Shown here: positions 41,651 to 51,035 of the stretch, piece by piece
Layout: each line of letters starts with the position of its first letter
How positions within the stretch are numbered: position 1 is the stretch's first letter
NCBI GenBank assembly: GCA_963664435.2
Contig: CAXXKM010000003.1
Span: 672,001 to 736,000, forward strand
Source of the DNA: Longimicrobiales bacterium
GTDB lineage: Bacteria > Gemmatimonadota > Gemmatimonadetes > Longimicrobiales > Gaopeijiaceae
Length of the DNA: 64,000 bases
Direction of reading: 5' to 3'
Made by a program: the position numbers and the translations under genes
The notes under the pieces: model-generated
Databases searched by the model: none
The model's input: the letters and a program-made list of their open reading frames with translations, nothing else
Told to the model about the DNA's origin: nothing

Positions 41651-41735
41651 GCAGATCGTGCAGTCCTGGTTCAACTTAGACAATTCCTCGCCGTGATTCG
41701 CGCCTGCAGGACTTTGCCCAAATGGCAGACTGATG
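41651..41735 (-). repeat. Right copy of the inverted repeat
   Basis: Reverse complement aligns with 33191-33275. Confidence 0.85.
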
Positions 41736-41811
41736 ATCCGCCCAGCCGGTGACTCTGCCAAAATGGCAGATTTCATCGTCTTTCGGCTGTTAAGTCTGCC
41801 AAAATGGCAGG
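41713..41811. repeat. Three 17-bp palindromic repeats at 41-bp period
   Basis: TTTGCCCAAATGGCAGA (41713), TCTGCCAAAATGGCAGA (41754), TCTGCCAAAATGGCAGG (41795), separated by dissimilar 24-nt spacers. Confidence 0.85.
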
Positions 41812-41824
41812 GGCACGCTCATCC

Positions 41825-42498
41825 CTACCTTCGGTAGGCGACACCGGCGAGCAGGGATGTCATGCTGCGGTACCCGACCAGATCGGGATAAGTAAAATCA
41901 GGCGGCGTCTTCGTGAAACCGAACTCGGATCCGAACTGCAATCCCAGCGTGATGTCGAGATGATCCGACAGGCGCACATCGGCGCCAGCGCCGACAACCC
42001 AGGCACCGATGAAGGCGTCCTCAACCACGACACACGCGTCGACGGGCCATTCGTCCCGTGCTTCTTCGTGACAGCTGCGCGCGGAGCCGATGAGCCCTCC
42101 GGTCGCGAAGTGCATGGCGCTCCAACCGGTTTCGAAGAACTTCGTTCTGCAGAGCAGCTTCACGTCGCGGTAGTCCACATGCCCGTGGAAGCGCCGTAGA
42201 GCGGCGTCCTCCAGGCATGGCTCGGTCGCCCCGCCGCCCTCCAAAGCTACGGAGCTTGCGCGAAGTCGCCGTCTCGCGCGGTGGGGCGTTACGGCTCCCG
42301 CAAGGGTCTTCCGACCTCTGCCATCATCAGCAAGGCTGGCCGCATGGCTTGTGGTCCGACCTGTCGATCCGTGAAGAGGCCAGCTGCAAACCCTGTCTTC
42401 TCGTGTCGAGTAGTGCCGATTCGCAAGTCCAAAGTCTGTCTGGAGAGGGGGGTCGCGCCCAAGAGCGCGATGACTGTCAGGGTTGCCAACTTCTGCAT
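41825..42498 (-). pseudogene. Probable frameshifted secreted / outer-membrane beta-barrel-like protein
   Basis: Signal-peptide ORF MQKLATLTVIALLG (GAGG RBS) stops at 42289. The barrel-like C-terminus (VVGAGADVRLSDHLDITLGLQF...LLAGVAYRR) lies in another frame. Confidence 0.45.
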
Positions 42499-42635
42499 GC
42501 CTCACGTCCTGCTCGTCAGAACCCCGTAGTGACGGAGGTTGGTCCAGCGCAGTCTACCTGGCCGTCTCTTCTTTTGACGAACGAGCGAGACGGGTGACTT
42601 GTGACGCGGTGCTGCCAGGTCCAAGGGTCAGGTCG

Positions 42636-44741
42636 TCAATGGCCATCGTGAAGCTCGAGCTCCAACTCTTCCGCCTGGTTGGATGTGATGTCTCGAACGA
42701 GGCGAAAACCAAACATGTTGTAGCGGTCACTCCAGGGGCCCGGGTGGGAGAAATGGCGGTAGGCAGCCGTCACCGCCCACGAGGATGACCAATGACCGCC
42801 TCGCCTTACGGGCCGGACGCAGGTGCCATCCTGCCACCATGGAGAATCTTCCGTCCTCGCTGAGCCATCGCCGGGATTCCCTTCATGGGTGTCATTCCAG
42901 CAGTCGGCGACCCATTCCCGCGCATTCCCGAGCACGTCGTGGAGTCCGAACGGATTGGCCGGAAACGACCCGGCGGGAGTCGTCGTTCGGAGTTCCCAAT
43001 TGCCCGGGCAACCTTCACAGGTTACCATGCCGGCGCCGGGTCCATCGCCCCAATAGCGGGTTGTCGTCGTACCGCCTCGCGCGGCGTATTCCCACTCGGC
43101 CTCGCTGGGAAGTCGGTAGGTTTGACCGGTGAACTCGCTGATCCATGCGACGTACTGGTCGGCATCGGGACGGGCGAGGTTGACCACCGGCCGGTCGCCG
43201 CGTCCCCAGCCGTTGTCGTCGGGCACATACGTGCATCCTCCGGCGTCAAAGCAGAGGTCCCATTCCCGGAACGTCACCTCATACTTTCCGATGGCGAAGG
43301 GATACGCGATTCGCACCTCCGTGGGCGGGTTCTGCGCCTCGACCGTCCACTCGGGTTGCGGCGGGTCCCCGGGATCCGGCTTCTCGTGCGCACCTCGTCC
43401 CATCACGTATTCGCCTGGAGGCAGTTCAACCATCAAGGGACATTCCGGACAGTCGCGAAACTCCCGGAATCCAGACGAAGTCGGAATCCGCGGGTTGATG
43501 GAAGCGCCGCCTTCGGTCGTCGGCGCCCCATCTGCATCCGCACGGCGCAGGCGGTAGAGAGAGACGACGGTCTCTCCGACCGACTCCAGCCGAAGACCCG
43601 CGAAGATCGAGTCGGACAGCACCGCAACCGGAACCCCGGGTGCGTCGAACGAACCCGTGTAATCTCCCGAGGAGTCGAAGATGTCGACGAAGCGGGGCGT
43701 CATCCCGTCCGTAGTGCGGGTCACCCAAAGATCGCCTCCGGGTGCGGCCGTCATCGACAGCACGGGGGAGACCCGCTCCTCGTATCCGACCGCCATCACG
43801 ATGTCCTCCGCCTCCAACCCGAAGCGCCGCATGAAGGTGCCATAGGGACCGGGGCCGAACTCCGCACCCCTCACAGCCATCTCGCGCGTGACTTCGATGG
43901 GATCCACCGACCATCTGATGCTCGCCACCACCGAGCCGCCGGCATGCTTGTCGATGCGGTAACCGGGCCCGTTCAGGAAGAAGATGGAGTCTCCCCGGTG
44001 CGTCCAGACGACCGAGGGAGCCAGCACTCGAGGCGCCGGAATGGAGCCGCCGCCCAACTCCATCGTCGCCAGTTCCATCGTGACTTCATGCAGCGTCGTC
44101 GTATTCTGTCCTCCCTCGACGACAAGTCGCTGCTCCGTAGCCGTCCCCGAAGACGAGGTGGTACTCGTCACCGTGGCCACCCAGTCGCTTCCCATCGCGA
44201 ATCCCGGACCCCAGTAGGTCAGTTCCGGTCGCTGCTCGCCCAGCAGTTCGCCCTCACTTGACCAGCGGCTCAGCATCTGTCGGCCGGTGTCCCACACGGT
44301 CAGTATTCCGTCCGGATCCATGGAGACTGCGGATGAGTTCCGAAACTCTCCGGGTCCGTCCCCCGCGCGTCCATAGCTGCCCGCGTAGGCCCCTGAAGCG
44401 TCGAAGGCCGCGACTCGCTGCCCCGTCCAGTCGGCCAGGTAGATCCGGCCTGTCGTCGGGTCTGCGGCCACGCCCCACGGAACCGCGGTAAGCGCGCTGT
44501 CGGGAGGAATGAGATCGATCATTCGCTCCGCTCGGACGCCCAGCCGTTCCTCCGATCCGATGTTCTCGACAACCGATATGCCCGCGGAATCGCGAACAAG
44601 TGCGGCCTGCACGTCGCGCGGCGGCTGCTCGCACGAGCTGGTGGCCAGCGCCAGCATGACGGCGATCCATGGAGTGGCTGTTGGAGATGGGCGGCGGCGC
44701 GCGGCGGCGCATGGCGTGATGGCTCGCGTTCGCTTGTGCAT
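42636..44741 (-). CDS. Lipoprotein: NHL/6-bladed beta-propeller fused to an FGE-sulfatase (SUMF1-like) domain
   Basis: LATSSC lipobox-like, YGRAGDGPGEF propeller motif, then FRDCPECPLMV, EVTF, RLPSEAEWEYAARGG, NPFGLHDVLGNAREW, RGG, GFRLVR. Confidence 0.85.
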   Translation of the reverse strand: MHKRTRAITPCAAARRRPSPTATPWIAVMLALATSSCEQPPRDVQAALVRDSAGISVVENIGSEERLGVRAERMIDLIPPDSALTAVPWGVAADPTTGRIYLADWTGQRVAAFDASGAYAGSYGRAGDGPGEFRNSSAVSMDPDGILTVWDTGRQMLSRWSSEGELLGEQRPELTYWGPGFAMGSDWVATVTSTTSSSGTATEQRLVVEGGQNTTTLHEVTMELATMELGGGSIPAPRVLAPSVVWTHRGDSIFFLNGPGYRIDKHAGGSVVASIRWSVDPIEVTREMAVRGAEFGPGPYGTFMRRFGLEAEDIVMAVGYEERVSPVLSMTAAPGGDLWVTRTTDGMTPRFVDIFDSSGDYTGSFDAPGVPVAVLSDSIFAGLRLESVGETVVSLYRLRRADADGAPTTEGGASINPRIPTSSGFREFRDCPECPLMVELPPGEYVMGRGAHEKPDPGDPPQPEWTVEAQNPPTEVRIAYPFAIGKYEVTFREWDLCFDAGGCTYVPDDNGWGRGDRPVVNLARPDADQYVAWISEFTGQTYRLPSEAEWEYAARGGTTTTRYWGDGPGAGMVTCEGCPGNWELRTTTPAGSFPANPFGLHDVLGNAREWVADCWNDTHEGNPGDGSARTEDSPWWQDGTCVRPVRRGGHWSSSWAVTAAYRHFSHPGPWSDRYNMFGFRLVRDITSNQAEELELELHDGH

Positions 44742-44911
44742 GGTTGGGCTTCCCTCCATCGCATATTATCGATACTCTACATAACGGGGATCAATATAAC
44801 GATGTCCGATAGGTTCGCAACATGATGAGGCCCCTGCCCAGAGCTTCGCGAATCTCGCGGTTCGCCGCTGGTCGACCACTAACACCTGACCTGATCGAGG
44901 GAGAACAAGTG

Positions 44912-45934
44912 ATGTCCCCTGTCGAATCGCCCCTCGCCGCGTGCAATGCTGCCGTGGGGAGCGCGCTTGCCGTACTGTCCATCGCCGCGTGCAATGCGGA
45001 GCCTGGGGAGGATCCGGGCAGCGCGATCACACATGACTCCGTGGGCGTGCCCTCGGCAGACGCTCCCGGTCTTGCGCGCGGCCCCGGCAATCCCGCTGGC
45101 TTGCGGGAGTTTCGGGACTGCGCAGCCTGTCCCCTGATGGTTGAACTGCCCCCTGGCACCTATCTGATGGGCGCCACCGAGCTTGAGGCAGACGAAGCCG
45201 GGGGCGGCCAACGGCCTCGTCGCCTGAAGGACATCGAGAAGCCCCGGGTTGAAGTGGATATACGATACCGCTTCGCAGTCGGGAAATTCGAAGTGACCTT
45301 CGACGAGTGGGACCGCTGCGTTGCGGATGGCGGGTGTACCTATGTGCCGGACGATCGGGGCTGGGGCCGGGAGGACCGGCCCGTCATCCACGTGTCCAGC
45401 GTGGATGTCCGCCCCTATCTGGCCTGGCTCCGCGAGGTGTCCGGCCAGCCGTACCGGCTGCTGACCAGTTCCGAATGGGAATACGCGGCCAGAGCCGGCA
45501 CGAGCACCGCCTACTGGTGGGGTGACGACATCGGCGTCGGAAACGTGTCCTGCGATGGCTGCGGCGGTGATTGGGACAACAAATCGACTGCGCCTGTGGG
45601 AACGTACGCGGCCAACCCGTGGGGGCTGCACGACATGCTCGGGAACGTCAACGAACTTGTCGCCGACTGCTGGGTCGCGACCAACGAGGGTCATCCCCTG
45701 AATGGTTCCGCGGTGCTGGAGGCGTCACCCTGGTGGGAAGGAGGCGAATGCAAGCGGCCGACCTGGCGGGGCGGAGATTGGGCAAGCTACACCTGGGCCC
45801 TGCGCGCGGCATGGCGAAGTGGAGGCTGGCTCGGACCCGACTTCCGCTCCGACCACCCAGCATTCGGTGGCGTTCGGGGATTTCGGGTCGCCCGCACGAT
45901 TCAAGCCCGGGAACAGGCCACCGGGATCCGGTAA
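44912..45934 (+). CDS. FGE-sulfatase (SUMF1-like) domain lipoprotein
   Basis: IAAC lipobox, FRDCAACPLMV, RLLTSSEWEYAARAG, NPWGLHDMLGNVNE, RGG, GFRVAR. Confidence 0.87.
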   Translation: MSPVESPLAACNAAVGSALAVLSIAACNAEPGEDPGSAITHDSVGVPSADAPGLARGPGNPAGLREFRDCAACPLMVELPPGTYLMGATELEADEAGGGQRPRRLKDIEKPRVEVDIRYRFAVGKFEVTFDEWDRCVADGGCTYVPDDRGWGREDRPVIHVSSVDVRPYLAWLREVSGQPYRLLTSSEWEYAARAGTSTAYWWGDDIGVGNVSCDGCGGDWDNKSTAPVGTYAANPWGLHDMLGNVNELVADCWVATNEGHPLNGSAVLEASPWWEGGECKRPTWRGGDWASYTWALRAAWRSGGWLGPDFRSDHPAFGGVRGFRVARTIQAREQATGIR

Positions 45935-45976
45935 TCGGCGAGGCGAGGCCGTCCTGATCTCGCCGCCCTTCCCTCG

Positions 45977-46804
45977 TCAGGCAGTCCCCGCCGCCCTCCT
46001 CCTCAGCCACCCCACCGTAAGCAGCAGCGCGGCCGCGAACACGATCAGAAAGGTCGCCACGGCCAGGATGGCGGGGCTGATTTCCTCGCGGATGCCCGCC
46101 CACATCTGGCGCGGGATGGTGTTCTGCTCCACCCCGCCCAGGAAGAGCACGACCACCACCTCGTCGAACGAAGTGGCGAAGGCGAAGAGGGCACCCGACA
46201 GCACCCCCGGCGCGATCAGCGGCAGCTGCACGCGGGCGAAGGTCCGGAGCGGTCCTGCTCCCAGCGACGCCGCGGCGCGGTTCAGGGTGGTGTTGTAGGA
46301 AGTCAGGGTGGCGGTCACCGTAATCACCACGAACGGCGTCCCCAGCGCCGCGTGCGCCAGGATCAGCCCGAGGTGGGTCTGGCCCAGCCCCATGCGGGAG
46401 TAGAAGAAGAACATCCCGGCGGCCGAGATGATCACGGGGGTCACCAGCGGGGAAACCAGAAAGCCCATCAGGAAGCGGCGGGCGGGCATGTGCGGGCTGG
46501 AGAGGCCGAGGGCGGCCAGCGTACCCAGGAAGGTGGCCAGCGCCGTGGCGGCGGTGCCGATCACCAGGCTGTTGACCAGCGCGCCCCGCCATGCTTCGCT
46601 CGTCGCGATCTCCCGGTACCAGCGCAGCGACCAGGCTTCCGGGTCCAGCCTCAGCATGCCTTCCGTGAAGGTGAAGTAGGGCTCTGCGTTGAAGCTGAGC
46701 GGCACGATCACGAGGATGGGCGCCATCAGGAAAAACAGCACCGCCGCGCAGAACGCGACGTGCATCGTCCTTCCGGCCCGTTCCGCCCTGCTCAGCGCCC
46801 GCAT
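45977..46804 (-). CDS. Polyamine ABC transporter permease (PotC-like)
   Basis: WSLRWY, AAASLGA EAA-loop, FATSFDEVVV. Confidence 0.9.
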   Translation of the reverse strand: MRALSRAERAGRTMHVAFCAAVLFFLMAPILVIVPLSFNAEPYFTFTEGMLRLDPEAWSLRWYREIATSEAWRGALVNSLVIGTAATALATFLGTLAALGLSSPHMPARRFLMGFLVSPLVTPVIISAAGMFFFYSRMGLGQTHLGLILAHAALGTPFVVITVTATLTSYNTTLNRAAASLGAGPLRTFARVQLPLIAPGVLSGALFAFATSFDEVVVVLFLGGVEQNTIPRQMWAGIREEISPAILAVATFLIVFAAALLLTVGWLRRRAAGTA

Positions 46805-46805
46805 G

Positions 46806-48020
46806 TCAGGTTACCCTCACGCCTTCGGTCCCGGCCACCCGCGCGTACAGCAGGTAGAGGCCGATCACGCACGCCAGGATGATCGCGCCCAGCGCGGACG
46901 CCAGCCCCCAGTTGAGGGAGGTCTGCATGTGGTACGCGACCATGTTGGAGATCAGCTGTCCCGTGCTCCCTCCCACCAGCGCCGGGGTGATGTAGTACCC
47001 GATGGCCAGGATGAACACGAGCAGGCTCCCCGCCCCCACCCCGGGGAGCGTCTGCGGCCAGTAGACGCGCAGGAAGCCCTGTACCGGGCCGGCTCCCAGC
47101 GACGCCGCGGCGTCCATGTGGGAGCGGGGAATCCCGCGCATGACCGAGTACAGCGGCAGCACCATGAACGGCAGCAGGACGTGGGTCATCGCGACAAACG
47201 TGCCCGTCATGTTGTAGACGAGCGCCAGCCGGCCATCGTCCGCGACCAGCCCCAGCGCGACCAGGATATCGTTGATCACCCCCTGGCCCTGAAGCAGCAC
47301 GATCCACGAGGTGGTGCGCACCAGCAGCGAAGTCCAGAACGGAACCAGGACCAGCGCCAGGAGCAGGCCGGCGCGGCGCGGCGGCGCATGCGCGAGGAAA
47401 TGCGCGAGCGGGTAGCCGAAAAGAAGGCACAACGCCGTGATCGACAGGCTGACCAGGAAGGTGCGCGCGAACAGGCGAAGGTATATGCGGCGGTCCTCCT
47501 CCTGGCGCGCGACCGATCCGTCGGGGAGCCGCCGCAGGTCGACGGCGGCCAGGTAGTGACGGGTGGTGTAGCGCTCCCCGGCGGCGCGCACCGCGTGCCA
47601 GGTGCTCACCTCGGCCCATGCCGGTTCGATCCCGACGAGGGTCTGGCGCCAGGAACCGTCGGGGGCCTCCGGAAGTCGGCGCCCCGTCACCGCGACGATG
47701 CTGCGCATCCCCCCCTGCACCCGGTTGACACGGCCGGCCACCTGGCCGATCACCCGCTCCTCCTGGGCGCGCGCCAGCTCGCCCGCGGCCGCGGCGAAGA
47801 CATCCTCGCCGGGAACGCTCTCCCCGTCCCATCCCTCCAGCAGGGCCAGTGTCTCGGGCAGCGCGTCCGCCACCACCGCGTCGTAGACGCTCCGGCTGAA
47901 CATCGTCGCGAGAGGCGCCACGAAGGTTATGCCGACGAAGGCCACGAGCGGCAGCGCCAGCCCCGCCGCCCGCACGCGCGGCCGCCAGTCGCGTCCCCGC
48001 CGCATCGATTCCGGGCTCAC
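46806..48020 (-). CDS. Polyamine ABC transporter permease (PotB-like)
   Basis: LVPFWTSLLVRT, LPFMVLPLY, AAASLGA, GYYITPALVGG. Confidence 0.9.
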   Translation of the reverse strand: MSPESMRRGRDWRPRVRAAGLALPLVAFVGITFVAPLATMFSRSVYDAVVADALPETLALLEGWDGESVPGEDVFAAAAGELARAQEERVIGQVAGRVNRVQGGMRSIVAVTGRRLPEAPDGSWRQTLVGIEPAWAEVSTWHAVRAAGERYTTRHYLAAVDLRRLPDGSVARQEEDRRIYLRLFARTFLVSLSITALCLLFGYPLAHFLAHAPPRRAGLLLALVLVPFWTSLLVRTTSWIVLLQGQGVINDILVALGLVADDGRLALVYNMTGTFVAMTHVLLPFMVLPLYSVMRGIPRSHMDAAASLGAGPVQGFLRVYWPQTLPGVGAGSLLVFILAIGYYITPALVGGSTGQLISNMVAYHMQTSLNWGLASALGAIILACVIGLYLLYARVAGTEGVRVT

Positions 48021-48051
48021 CGTCCCCCGCCCCCCGCCATCGAGCCTCCCC

Positions 48052-49170
48052 TCATCGGGCCAGCCACGAGCTGAAGCGCTCGTTCATCTCGTCCGTGTGG
48101 TTCACCCACCACTCCCAGTCGTTGCGCAGCGCCCGCTCCAGGTTCTCCGGGTAGGTGGGCATGTGCGGCAGCATGTCGATTCCCGCCTCGGCGTGCGTTC
48201 CCACCAGCGGCAGTCCGGAGTAGCGCGTCGGGCTGTAGGAGATGTTGGCGCTGACCCGGGCCATCGACCGGGGCGTGGTCGCGAAGGCGAGGAACTCGAG
48301 CGCCGCCTCCAAGTTCGGCGTCCCGGCCACGATCACCATCTGGCCGAAATCCAGCAGCTGGCCGTCCCAGATGATCTCGAAGGGCTGGTCCTCCAGCACC
48401 TGTGCGTTGAAGACGCGGCCGTTGTACGCCGTGGTCATCGTCACCTCGCCGTCGGCGAGGAGCTGGGGTGGCTGGGCGCCCGCTTCCCACCACACGATCT
48501 GGTCCTTGATGGTGTCCAGCTTTCGGAATGCGCGCTCGATCCCCTCGGGGGTGTCCAGCACCTGGTACACCTCCGCCGGTGGCACGCCGTCGGCCATGAG
48601 GGCGAACTCCATGTTGCCCATGGGCTTGCGGCGCATGCCGCGGCGGCCCGGGAAGGCCTCCAGGTCGAAGAAGTCCTGCATGGTCGAGGGCTTTGGGCCG
48701 GGTATGTTCTCGCGGTTGTATACGATGACGGTCGCGTAGAACTCGGCACCCACGCCGCACTCGGTCAGGGTGCCGGGAAAGAAATCCTCCTCGGGTGGCG
48801 TGCCGTCCGCGCCCGGAGCCCACATCGCCGGATCGAGCGGCTCGAGCAGCCCCTCGTCGCAGCCGCGCACCGCATCGGCGATCTCCATGGGCACGACGTC
48901 CCAGTGAATCCGTCCCACATCGACCTGCGCCCGAACCTCGGCCAGGCCGCCGTTGTACTGCGCGTCCCGGATGACGATGCCGGTCTCGGCGGTGAACGGC
49001 TCGTGGTAGGCGATCTTGCAGGCGCGCGTGTACGCCCCGCCCCACGCGCCGACGGTCAGGGCATCGCCGCCGTCGCCGCCACAGGCCGCACTGAGGACCG
49101 CGAGCGCCGGCGCGGCGAGTCGGCGGGTCACGGTCGGTGCCCCCGACCAGGCGCTGATGCGCCCGTTCAC
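48052..49170 (-). CDS. Polyamine ABC transporter substrate-binding lipoprotein (PotD/PotF-like)
   Basis: LSAAC lipobox, WGGAY, DFFDLEAFPGRRG, EFALMADGV. GTG start overlaps the ATPase stop. Confidence 0.88.
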   Translation of the reverse strand: MNGRISAWSGAPTVTRRLAAPALAVLSAACGGDGGDALTVGAWGGAYTRACKIAYHEPFTAETGIVIRDAQYNGGLAEVRAQVDVGRIHWDVVPMEIADAVRGCDEGLLEPLDPAMWAPGADGTPPEEDFFPGTLTECGVGAEFYATVIVYNRENIPGPKPSTMQDFFDLEAFPGRRGMRRKPMGNMEFALMADGVPPAEVYQVLDTPEGIERAFRKLDTIKDQIVWWEAGAQPPQLLADGEVTMTTAYNGRVFNAQVLEDQPFEIIWDGQLLDFGQMVIVAGTPNLEAALEFLAFATTPRSMARVSANISYSPTRYSGLPLVGTHAEAGIDMLPHMPTYPENLERALRNDWEWWVNHTDEMNERFSSWLAR

Positions 49171-50276
49171 ACCGCGCCCTCCGCGCCGCCGTAGTCCAGG
49201 ACCCGGCAGTCCGCCGCCGTCCATCCCACGCGAATTTCGTCGCCCTCGAGAACCGCGCCCTGTCCCACCACGTTCGAGATCTTCGCCACGAAATCCGGTC
49301 GCCCGCAGGTCTCCATGTGGATGCGCAGGTGATCCCCCACGAAAGTGATGTGCCCGATGACCGCGTCGAACTGGTTGGAGAACAGCCCCGGCTCCGGATG
49401 CAGCGTGATTCGCTCCGGCCGGATCGAGAGCGTGACCGGATCCCCCGGCCGGCAGTCCACGACCCGATAGCCACGCACCATCTGGTCGCCCACGATCACA
49501 TCGCACACGTCGTCGCGCACCGCGGCCACGCGCCCGTGCAGCCGGTTGTTCTCGCCGATGAAGCGCGCGACGAAGGAGCGCTCCGGCTCCTCGTACAGGG
49601 CTTCGGGCGCGGCCACCTGCTCCACCATGCCGTCGCGCAGCACGGCGATCCGGTCCGACATGACCATGGCCTCCTGCTGGTCGTGGGTCACGTAGACGAC
49701 GGTCACGCCGAGCGTCCGGTGGATGCGCCGGATCTCGTACTGCAATTCTTCGCGCAGGTGGCGGTCGAGGGCCCCCAGCGGTTCGTCCATGAGCACGAGT
49801 TCGGGCTCGAAGACCAGCGCGCGCGCGATCGCCACCCGCTGCTGCTGCCCGCCCGAGAGCTGCCCCGGGCGGCGCTTCTCGAACCCTTCCAGCCGGACCA
49901 GCCGGAACACCCGATCGACCAGTTTCCGGCGCCGGTCGCGCTCGATGCCGCGCACGTCGAGCGGAAAGGCCAGGTTGTCCTCGACGGTCATGTGGGGGAA
50001 GAGGGCGTAGTCCTGAAACACCATGCCGATGCCCCGCTTGCGCGGCGGCAGGGCATGCACCGAACGGCCGTCGATGCGGATGGCGCCCGCCGTCGGAGTC
50101 TCGAACCCCGCGAGCATCATGAGGCACGTCGTCTTCCCCGATCCCGACGGCCCGAGCAGGCTCAGGAACTCGCCCCGGCGCACGCTGAGATTCAATCCCT
50201 GGACGGCCATCACCCGGCCATCGTAGCTCTTGGCAATGTCCTCGAACTCGACGTGGGGCTCGGCCGGAGTCGTCAC
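49167..50276 (-). CDS. Polyamine ABC transporter ATP-binding protein (PotA-like)
   Basis: GPSGSGKT, VFQDYALFPHMTV, LSGGQQQR, LMDEPLGALD, C-terminal TOBE-like domain. Confidence 0.92.
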   Translation of the reverse strand: MTTPAEPHVEFEDIAKSYDGRVMAVQGLNLSVRRGEFLSLLGPSGSGKTTCLMMLAGFETPTAGAIRIDGRSVHALPPRKRGIGMVFQDYALFPHMTVEDNLAFPLDVRGIERDRRRKLVDRVFRLVRLEGFEKRRPGQLSGGQQQRVAIARALVFEPELVLMDEPLGALDRHLREELQYEIRRIHRTLGVTVVYVTHDQQEAMVMSDRIAVLRDGMVEQVAAPEALYEEPERSFVARFIGENNRLHGRVAAVRDDVCDVIVGDQMVRGYRVVDCRPGDPVTLSIRPERITLHPEPGLFSNQFDAVIGHITFVGDHLRIHMETCGRPDFVAKISNVVGQGAVLEGDEIRVGWTAADCRVLDYGGAEGAV

Positions 50277-50577
50277 GCGCTGGTCCTGTGTCGGAGCGAA
50301 AAAGGGTTGTACGCCCGAGGGCGCGGACAATCTAGGTTCAATAACCGGTAGCCACAAAGCGGCCGGAAGCAGCGGCATGGCGGCCAGTCGTCCACGGGAC
50401 ACGGAAGGCACATAGGTCCGAACCGCCGCGTGCGAGCCCTCGTCTGGTGAGAACCCCCGGCCGCCAATAGGTTATCATGGATGGTGCGTTGGTTCCGGGC
50501 GCGCCCGGGCGCGGTGAGCCCGCGTCGCGACGGCCCGTCAGATCGTTGGTGTCGGTCCCGTCAACAGCGAGAAGGCA

Positions 50578-51033
50578 ATGCTCCATTCCAGGCCAGCCCC
50601 GCTCTTTCCTCTTCTCATCGCCCTCGTGGCGCTCGCGGGGTGCGGAGGCGAGGACCCCGTTGAGCCCGAGCCCGAAAGGCCGCCCGACCTCACCGGCTCC
50701 TACACGCTGGAGTCTCTGTCCGCCATCGTGACCGGTGGGCAAACCCTGACCCCGCCGGACGTGGCGGGTTCATTTTCGGTGCAGCAGACGTCGGTCACCG
50801 GTGCCGAGGCTTCAGGGACAACGATGATCAGCATCACCCTTCCGGACGGTCTGGGCGGGACAACCATGCTTGAGGATCAGGGCACCTACGTCAATCGGGT
50901 CGACGGGACCTGGGAACAGGCCGGCGTGCTGCTGCAGGGCCTCGGAACCTACACGCTTCAGACCGGCATCCTGACCGTTGATGTGACCGAGCCCGCGCTC
51001 AATGTCTCCACCACGGTATGGAGGCGTAACTGA
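50578..51033 (+). CDS. Hypothetical lipoprotein (lipocalin-like beta fold possible)
   Basis: LAGC lipobox, LTGSYTL motif. Confidence 0.65.
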   Translation: MLHSRPAPLFPLLIALVALAGCGGEDPVEPEPERPPDLTGSYTLESLSAIVTGGQTLTPPDVAGSFSVQQTSVTGAEASGTTMISITLPDGLGGTTMLEDQGTYVNRVDGTWEQAGVLLQGLGTYTLQTGILTVDVTEPALNVSTTVWRRN

Positions 51034-51035
51034 CG

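Larger units (their letters stand above)
33191..41735. mobile_element. Putative non-autonomous island or invertible segment bounded by long imperfect inverted repeats
   Basis: 33191-33275 matches the reverse complement of 41651-41735 at 68/85 nt. Interior is visibly less GC-rich. No transposase or integrase seen. Confidence 0.55.

Noticed and set aside
33182..41744. Tn7-like or IS ends, or integron attC sites
   Set aside because: The ends lack terminal TGT/ACA, and I found no target duplication or tns/transposase gene. GTCTAAC at 33251 has no matching attC partner or integron integrase.
41713..41811. CRISPR array
   Set aside because: Only three 17-bp repeats with 24-nt spacers, shorter than typical CRISPR repeats. 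No cas genes or leader in the window, and the motif also occurs singly and at 21-bp period.
42636..45934. Complete diversity-generating retroelement
   Set aside because: No reverse transcriptase, and no template repeat differing only at adenines, is visible in the window.
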